Made by a program: the position numbers and the translations under genes. Shown piece after piece: positions 57,531 to 64,000 of a stretch of DNA of 64,000 nt. Location: the NCBI GenBank assembly GCA_963813335.1, contig CAWEYL010000005.1, forward strand, positions 32,001 to 96,000, read 5' to 3'. The notes beneath the pieces are model-generated. The model had not been told where the DNA came from. It did no database searches and saw only the letters and a list, made by a program, of their open reading frames with translations. Source of the DNA: an uncultured Chloroflexia bacterium. Lineage in GTDB: Bacteria; Chloroflexota; Limnocylindria; Limnocylindrales; CSP1-4. The stretch's first letter is position 1. Every line of letters starts with the position of its first letter.

Positions 57531-58754
57531 GTGGACCCCGTCTTCGGCCTGCGACGCGACGCGGCGCCCGACCTCGACGCGGTGGGCGAGGACGAGGCGC
57601 TCGCGGCCCGGATCCGCGCGGAGATCGAGCGCGACGGCCCGATGACCTTCGCGCGGTTCATGGACCTGGCCCTGTACGACCCCGACGGCGGCTACTACCG
57701 GGCGACCGATGCGCGGCCGGGTCGGGCGGGCGACTTCCTGACCGCGCCGGAGATCCATCCGGTCTTCGGCTGGGCGCTGGCGGGCCTGCTCGACGAGGCC
57801 TGGCGGCGGCTCGGCCGGCCGCGCCCGTTCGTGCTCCGCGAGCACGGCGCGGGGACCGGGACGCTCGCACTCGCCATCCTCGAGCGGCTCGGGCGGACCG
57901 GGTCGGGGTTGCGCGACGTCATCGCCTACGACCCGATCGAGGTCGAACCGGGACGCCTCGAGACCATCGCCGACCGGCTGGCCGCGGCCGGCGCCGCCGA
58001 CCGCCTGCTCGCCCCGGACCGGCGCGACGGTCCGGTCGTGGGGGTCGTGCTCGCCAACGAGGTCCTGGACGCGCTCCCGGTCCATCGCGTCCGCCAGCGC
58101 GGGACCCGCCTCGTCGAGATCGCGGTGGGGCTCGACGAGGGCGCGTTCGTCGATGTCGAGATCGAGCCGTCGAGCCTGGCGCTCGCGGCCCGGCTCGCCG
58201 CCGAGGGCATCGAGCTCGCCGACGGCCAGGCCGCCGAGATCTGCCTCGCCCTCGACCGCTGGGTCGCCGGGACGGCCGCCGGCCTCGAGCGCGGCCTGCT
58301 CCTGCTGATCGACTACGGCGCCCCCGCGGCGGAGCTGTACGACCCGGTCCGGCGTCGCGATGGCACGCTCATGGCCTACCTGCGCCATCGCGCGTCGCAC
58401 GAGCCCTATGCCCACATCGGGCGCCAGGACCTGACCGCCCACGTCGATGTCACCGCCGTCGAGCGGGCCGCGGCCGCGGCCGGTCTCAGTCACCTGGCGA
58501 CCACGACGCAGGCCGAGCTCCTCGTCGGGCTGGGCACCGAGGGTCTGCTGCGCGAGGTCCAGGAGGACCCGGCAACGAGCCTCGAGTCCTACCTCGAGCT
58601 GCGCTCGGCCCTGATGCGCCTGCTCGACCCGTCGGCGATGGGACGGTTCCGGGTGATGGCATTCGGGCGCGACTGGCCGGACGGTCCGCCGCTCGAGGGC
58701 CTCGCCTTCCGCATGCCCCGCCGGCCGTCCGCCGAACGGATGCCGTCCGACTAG
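57531..58754 (+). CDS. MidA/NDUFAF7-family SAM-dependent methyltransferase
   Basis: GPMTFARFMDLALYDP..GYY, GDFLTAPE, EHGAGTGTLA, ANEVLDALPV, IDYG, QDLTAHVD. Confidence 0.92.
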   Translation: MDPVFGLRRDAAPDLDAVGEDEALAARIRAEIERDGPMTFARFMDLALYDPDGGYYRATDARPGRAGDFLTAPEIHPVFGWALAGLLDEAWRRLGRPRPFVLREHGAGTGTLALAILERLGRTGSGLRDVIAYDPIEVEPGRLETIADRLAAAGAADRLLAPDRRDGPVVGVVLANEVLDALPVHRVRQRGTRLVEIAVGLDEGAFVDVEIEPSSLALAARLAAEGIELADGQAAEICLALDRWVAGTAAGLERGLLLLIDYGAPAAELYDPVRRRDGTLMAYLRHRASHEPYAHIGRQDLTAHVDVTAVERAAAAAGLSHLATTTQAELLVGLGTEGLLREVQEDPATSLESYLELRSALMRLLDPSAMGRFRVMAFGRDWPDGPPLEGLAFRMPRRPSAERMPSD

Positions 58755-58996
58755 GGCGATGTACCTATTGCCGCGCGGATGCGGCGGCATGCACGCTTCT
58801 CAACGGTCGGGCACGACCTGACGGGGAGCGGCGCGCGAACCTGCACGCGCGCTCGGCGCACGCCGCTCCCCGACGCCCCCGACCAGCCCCGTCGCCCCAG
58901 CGCCGGGTATCCGGCCGCCCGCTATCTCCCCCGACCGGGCTCCGTCCCCGAAGCCCGGTCGGGGTCCTCCACCGGCCGGGCGGGCCCCGCTCCCAC

Positions 58997-59005
58997 TGCT
59001 AGAAT
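58997..59005 (+). promoter_or_regulatory. Extended -10 of the nuo operon
   Basis: TGcTAGAAT about 105 nt upstream of nuoA. Confidence 0.55.
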
Positions 59006-59111
59006 TGGCCCCGGGCGCCGATGCGTCCCGTGTGGGTATGCCTGCCCGCTCGCTCAGGGGCCTCCAGCCAGTGACGCCTGCCCCAGGCGCGTCGCTCGAA
59101 GGGAAATCCGG

Positions 59112-59470
59112 TTGACCGGCATCTGGTACATCGTGGGCTTCGCCTTCGCCGGCGTCTCGTTCGTGTTCCTGACGATCGGCGCCGCGTGGCTCATCTCGCA
59201 CCGCAACCAGGGCGACGAGCACAAGGGCCTGCCCTACGAATCCGGGATCGACACCTACGGTGACACCCACGGCCGGTTCGGCCTGTCGTTCTACATCTAC
59301 GCCCTGCTCTTCGTCGCCTTCGACATCGAGGTCGTCTTCATCTACCTCTGGGCGATCATCTTCCGCTCGATCGGCTCGTGGGCGGCCTCGTGAGCATGTT
59401 CATCTTCGTGGCCATCCTGCTGCTCGGGCTCGCCTACGCCTGGCGCAAGGGCGTGCTCACGTGGCGCTGA
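59112..59470 (+). CDS. nuoA: NADH-quinone oxidoreductase subunit A; frameshifted
   Basis: [35 protein letters not shown] (shifted frame). Confidence 0.92.
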
Positions 59471-60174
59471 CCCCGCCGCGCGATCCGGCGGCGCCCCGCA
59501 GCGACCTGCCCGCCACCGCGGGCTCGAGCGAGCTGATCGTGCCGCTCGTCGTCCCGAACACGCTCTGGCAGGCGGACGATCCCGAGGCATACGACGGCGG
59601 CCGCGAGAGCGACATCACCCACCTGCGCGAGTACGAGGCGAGCGGCGCTGGGTCGCCGCGACGACGCGCGCTGGAGCGGCGTCCTCGAGGTCATCCCGAC
59701 CAAGGCGGACTACGTCCTGGACCTGATCCGGCGAACAGCCTGTGGCCGCTGCTGTCCGGCCTCGCCTGCTGCGCGATCGAGATGATGTCCGCGGCCACCT
59801 CGAAGAACGACATGGACCGCTGGGGCATGTTCCCGTTCCGGGCCAGCCCGCGCCAGGCGGACGTGCTGATCGTCGCCGGCACGCTGACCACCAAGATGGC
59901 CGGCCCGCTGGTCCGCCTCTGGGAGCAGATGCCGGAGCCCAAGTGGTGCGTGGCGCTGGGCGACTGCACCTGCTCGGGCGGCCGCTACAAGCGGAGCTAC
60001 TCCACGGTCGAGGGGATCGACCGGGTGATGCCGGTCGACGTCTACATCCCGGGCTGCCCGCCCCGCCCCGAGGGCCTCATCTACGGGATGATGAAGCTCC
60101 AGCAGCTGGTCAAGGAGCGCCGCGGCCACTGGCCCGATCGCGCCATCGGCCCCACCGTGCCGGAGGGCGTCTGA
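59461..60174 (+). CDS. nuoB: NADH-quinone oxidoreductase subunit B; N-terminus frameshifted
   Basis: [35 protein letters not shown]. Confidence 0.94.
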   Translation: MALTPPRDPAAPRSDLPATAGSSELIVPLVVPNTLWQADDPEAYDGGRESDITHLREYEASGAGSPRRRALERRPRGHPDQGGLRPGPDPANSLWPLLSGLACCAIEMMSAATSKNDMDRWGMFPFRASPRQADVLIVAGTLTTKMAGPLVRLWEQMPEPKWCVALGDCTCSGGRYKRSYSTVEGIDRVMPVDVYIPGCPPRPEGLIYGMMKLQQLVKERRGHWPDRAIGPTVPEGV

Positions 60175-60745
60175 GCGTGGATCGACGGCTTCAAGGCACG
60201 CCTCGAGGCGCGCTTCGCCGACCAGCTGACGGGACCCGTCCGCCAGCGCCATGACGAGACCGAGATCCGCATCGCGGCGGGCGACGTCGTGCCGGTCCTG
60301 ACGCGCCCTCCATGACGAGCCGGCGTTCCACTTCGAGTTCCTGGCGGACCTCGCGGGCGTCGACACCGGCCAGGTCATGCAGGTCGTCTACCACCTGTGG
60401 AGCGAGACCACGCCGGACTGGCTGCGCGTCATCGCCGACGGCCTGTCCCGCGAGGACCCGCGCGTCCCGTCCGCGACGTTCCTCTGGAAGGGCGCCGAGT
60501 GGATGGAGCGCGAGGCCTACGACATGTTCGGCATCACGTTCGAGGGCAACCGCGACCTGCGCCGGATCTACATGCCGCCCGACTACACGAGCTTCCCGCT
60601 CCGCAAGGACTTCTACCTGGCCGACGACGCCGCGCGCTCGCCCGGCGGCGGGCGTCCGGCCGATGGAGCGCACCCACGCCCCGACGGCGGCGCCGGCCTC
60701 GGCGCTCGTCCGCCGGTCGCCGGCGTGACCGAGGACCGCCCGTGA
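60175..60745 (+). CDS. nuoC: NADH-quinone oxidoreductase subunit C; frameshifted
   Basis: VVYHL, VPSATFLW..AEWMEREAYDMFGITFEG..DLRRI, PLRKDF. Confidence 0.9.
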
Positions 60746-61963
60746 CGACGACCACCCGACGCCCGTCCCTCGACGACCCGCGCGTCCCGCTCGACCGCGA
60801 GCTGGGCGTCTTCGAGCCGATCCCGCCGTACCCGCCGCGGACCGAGCGCGAGGCCGAGTTCTACACGCTCGGCGACGGCGAGATGCTGATCAACATCGGC
60901 CCGCAGCACCCGTCGACCCACGGCGTGCTCCGCGTCGTGCTCAAGCTCGACGGCGAGAAGGTCGTCGACCTCGACCCGGTCCTCGGCTACCTCCATCGCG
61001 GCGTCGAGAAGCTGTGCGAGAACGCCGACTACCACCAGGCGATCTGCTACATCGACCCGCTCGAGTACGTCAGCTCGCTCTTCTGCGAGTGGCCCGGCGT
61101 CATGGCCTTCGAGAAGCTCCTCGACGTCCAGGTCCCGCGCCGCGCGGAGTACATCCGCGTCCTCGCTACCGAGCTCAACCGGATCGCCAGCCACGCGCTG
61201 TTCCTCGGCTGGATGGCCCTGGACCTCGGCGGCCTCACGCCGATCCTCTGGTCGTTCATCGAGCGCGACGAGATCGTCGAGATGCTGGCGTCGCTCACCG
61301 GCCAGCGGATGCTCTTCAACTACATGCGCATCGGCGGCGTCAACGGCGACCTGAACCACGAGTTCATGAGCCGCCTCGGCGACTGGATGTCGCACGCGAC
61401 CGAGCAGATCGAGGCCGGCAACGCGCTGCTCAACGAGAACGAGATCTTCGTCCGCCGGATGCGCGGCCTCGGCGTCATCGACTCGAAGACGGCCCTGCGG
61501 ATGGCGATGACCGGCCCGAACCTGCGCGCGACCGGCCTGCCGTTCGACGTCCGCCGGGCGCACCCGTACTGCGTCTACCCGGAGCTCGAGTTCGACATCC
61601 CGACGCGCGCCGAGGGCGACTGCCTGGCCCGCTACCTGCTCCGCATGGACGAGATCAAGCAGAGCCTGCGGATCATCGACCAGTGCCTCCACCAGATGCC
61701 CGACGGCCCGGTCATGGCCAAGCTCCCGCGCCTGCTCCGGCCGCGGCCCGGCCAGCGCGTACGCCGCGATCGAGGGCCCGCGCGGCCAGTACGCGGCCTA
61801 CGCCATCAGCGACGGCACCGACCAGCCGTTCCGGATGCGCATCCACGACCCCTCGTTCGTCCACCTCCAGTCGGTCGGCCTGATGATGCCCGGCCACCTC
61901 GTCGCCGACACGATGGCGGTCATGGCCTCCCTCGACCCGATCATGGGCGGCGTCGACAAGTGA
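60742..61963 (+). CDS. nuoD: NADH-quinone oxidoreductase subunit D; frameshift near 61755
   Basis: NIGPQHPSTHGVLR, GYLHRGVEK, ELNRIASH, IEGPRG and [11 protein letters not shown] (shifted frame). Confidence 0.94.
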
Positions 61964-63304
61964 CGGTCGATCGGTCGGTCCGTGGTCGCGCCTGACCTTG
62001 CCGGGCAAGGTCATCTTCACCGTGGTGCCGGTGCTGCTGGCGTCGCTGATCGCGCTCGTCGCGGTCGTCGCGATCCTCGGGCCGACCATCGTCGACTTCC
62101 TCGCGAACAACCTGCCGATCGTCCGCTTCGTCGTCGCGGTGACGGTCGTCCTGCTGATGACCGTGCCGACGGCCTTCCTGATCATCTACATGGAGATGAA
62201 GGTCATCGCGCTGATGAACCTGCGGATCGGCCCGGACCGGGTGGGCCCGTTCGGGTCGCTCGCTGTCGGTGGTCCACGGGCTCAAGGTCCTCATGAAGGA
62301 GGACTTCACGCCGACCGGCGCCGACCCGATCGTCTTCACGTGGGCGCCGGTCGTCGTCTACCTCGCCAGCGTCATGAGCCTGCTGGTCATCCCGTTCGCT
62401 CCCGGGCTCTTCGGGCAGGACCTCAACCTCGGGCTGCTCTACTTCTTCGCGATCGGCGGCCTGTCGGTCGTCGGCCTGCTGATGGCCGGCTGGTCGAGCT
62501 TCAACAAGTACTCGCTGCTGGGCGGGCTGCGCTCCGCGGCCCAGGTCGTCAGCTACGAGATCCCGCTCACCCTGTCGGTCGTCGGGATCATCCTGCTGGC
62601 CGGCACGATGAGCCTCAACCAGATCGTCCTGGACCAGGGCGGCTGGTTCATCGACTGGTACATCTTCCGCCAGCCGCTCGGCTTCCTGATCTTCTTCATC
62701 GCCGCGACCGCGGAGGCGAACCGGACCCCGTTCGACCTGACCGAGGCGGACTCCGAGATCGTCGCCGGCTTCGCCACCGAGTACTCGGGCATGCGCTTCG
62801 GGTTCTTCTTCTTCGCCGAGTACGTGAACGTGTTCATCATCTCGGCCCTGACCGTGACCCTGTTCTTCGGCGGCTGGAACGCGCCGTTCCCCTGGCCGTG
62901 GCCGGTCACCGTCAACCTCGACCCGGGCGAGCCTCGGGATCGTGCTGCTGCTCCTCGTCGCGATCGTCCCGCTGGTCGTGACGCTGGTCTTCGCGGCCCC
63001 GTTCTGGCTCGCGTCGTCGCGGATCAAGGGCTGGCAGGCGCTCATCGTCGGCTTCGTGCTCGCGAACATCTTCATCGTCGCCGTCATCGGCGCCTGGGCG
63101 TACATCGGGCTCGACTGGGTCGCCGGCCTCGTCTGGTTCCTGGGCAAGACCTACGTCTTCGTGTTCACGTTCGTGTGGATGCGCGGCACGCTGCCCCGCG
63201 TGCGCATCGACCAGCTCATGGACTTCGCCTGGAAGTGGCTGCTGCCCGCCGCGCTGCTCAACCTGTTCGTGACCGCGACGGCGATCGTGGTGGTGGGCAA
63301 GTGA
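61960..63304 (+). CDS. nuoH: NADH-quinone oxidoreductase subunit H with extra TM segments; frameshifted
   Basis: [65 protein letters not shown]. Confidence 0.92.
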
Positions 63305-63979
63305 TCAACGAGCTGATCCCGGGCCTCGGCATCGTCAAGGGCATGGCGCTGACCCTGCGCCGCTTCTTCGAGCCGAAGGTCACGGTCATGTACCCGGAGG
63401 TGCCGGTCGACGTCTCGCCCAAGTTCCGCGGCCGGCTCCAGCTCCTGTACGACGAGTACGGCACGCTCAAGTGCGAGACGTGCTTCCAGTGCGCCCAGGC
63501 CTGCCCGATCGAGTGCATCGACATGGGCGGCATGGACACCCGCGGCCGGTTCCACGTCCACTGGGGCGCGCCGGAGACCTACGGCGAGCGTCGCGAGGAA
63601 TCCGCGCTGCGGCGCTCCGGCCGCCCGGTCCCCGACCCGGCCTACCGGCCGTTCGCAGGCGGTCGACCTCGCGACGGTCGACGCGATCCTCGAGACCTAC
63701 GACCACGACCCGGCGCACCTGCTCGCGATCCTCGAGGAGACACAGGCCGCCTACGGATACCTGCCGGTCGCCGCGCTCAAGCGGATCAGCCAGCTCACCG
63801 GCACCTGGTACGCGATGATCTACGGCACCGCGTCGTACTACTCGCACCTGCGCTTCGAGCCCGCCGAGGCGGCCGACCAGGCGGCCGCGATGGCCGCCCA
63901 CCGACCGGCCGAGACCGCCTACCTCGCGGCCCTCGGGACGGCCCTCGGTGGCGGCACGGCCCAGCGGGCGGACGCGTGA
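63301..63979 (+). CDS. Fusion of the NuoI N-terminal half (one 4Fe-4S motif) with a NuoE-like N-terminal helical domain; one frameshift near 63660
   Basis: VTVMYPE...KFRGRL...[17 protein letters not shown]; then in the +1 frame [16 protein letters not shown]...[15 protein letters not shown]; stop at 63979. Confidence 0.75.
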
Positions 63980-63981
63980 CC

Positions 63982-64000
63982 ATGGCGACCCTGCTGAAGA
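63982..64000 (+). CDS. Start of the next gene (position suggests a nuoF-like gene), truncated by the window edge
   Basis: ATG 2 nt after the upstream stop (MATLLK); identity from context only. Confidence 0.35.

Noticed and set aside
58800-58890. SRP RNA (ffs)
   Set aside because: The conserved CAGG-GGAA-GCAGC domain IV motif is absent.
59112-63979. Programmed frameshifting or an inactivated complex I
   Set aside because: No slippery motifs; indels are scattered through every gene while the motifs stay intact, so an artefact is more likely.

Overview
Very GC-rich bacterial chromosomal window. Gene style, F420-type LLM enzymes and the CofC-like/NYN/hpt-associated genes suggest Chloroflexota, possibly Limnocylindria; this is inference. 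About 1-19.8 kb is a plant-sugar utilisation region: GntR, sugar ABC, GH4, xylose isomerase, GH127, LacI, XylFGH-type ABC, ROK repressor, CRTAC1-like and M24-like proteins. About 19.8-41 kb is housekeeping: thioesterase, a PD-(D/E)XK-like protein, acyP, holB, an NYN protein with a long disordered tail, liv ABC, SDR, hpt, csoR with its operator, rsmG and a KimA-USP-TrkA-TrkA potassium operon. About 41.4-48.8 kb is an hspR-lon-dnaJ-clpB operon. After that come a divergent purH, glpX, an F420 oxidoreductase, folK, a MidA/NDUFAF7 methyltransferase and the start of an atypical complex I operon (nuoABCDH followed by a half-NuoI/NuoE-N fusion). I saw no rRNA, tRNA, CRISPR array or mobile element. Many single-base frameshifts (1-21 kb and 51-64 kb) and two abrupt junctions (~7.15 kb, ~8.7 kb) look like long-read or assembly errors. 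The most unusual signals are the remodelled complex I, a membrane-hairpin insertion inside LivG, the NYN protein with an RNase E-like tail, a non-canonical HspR operator, a degenerate PurH cyclohydrolase domain, two orphan PD-(D/E)XK-like cassettes and widespread leaderless promoters.
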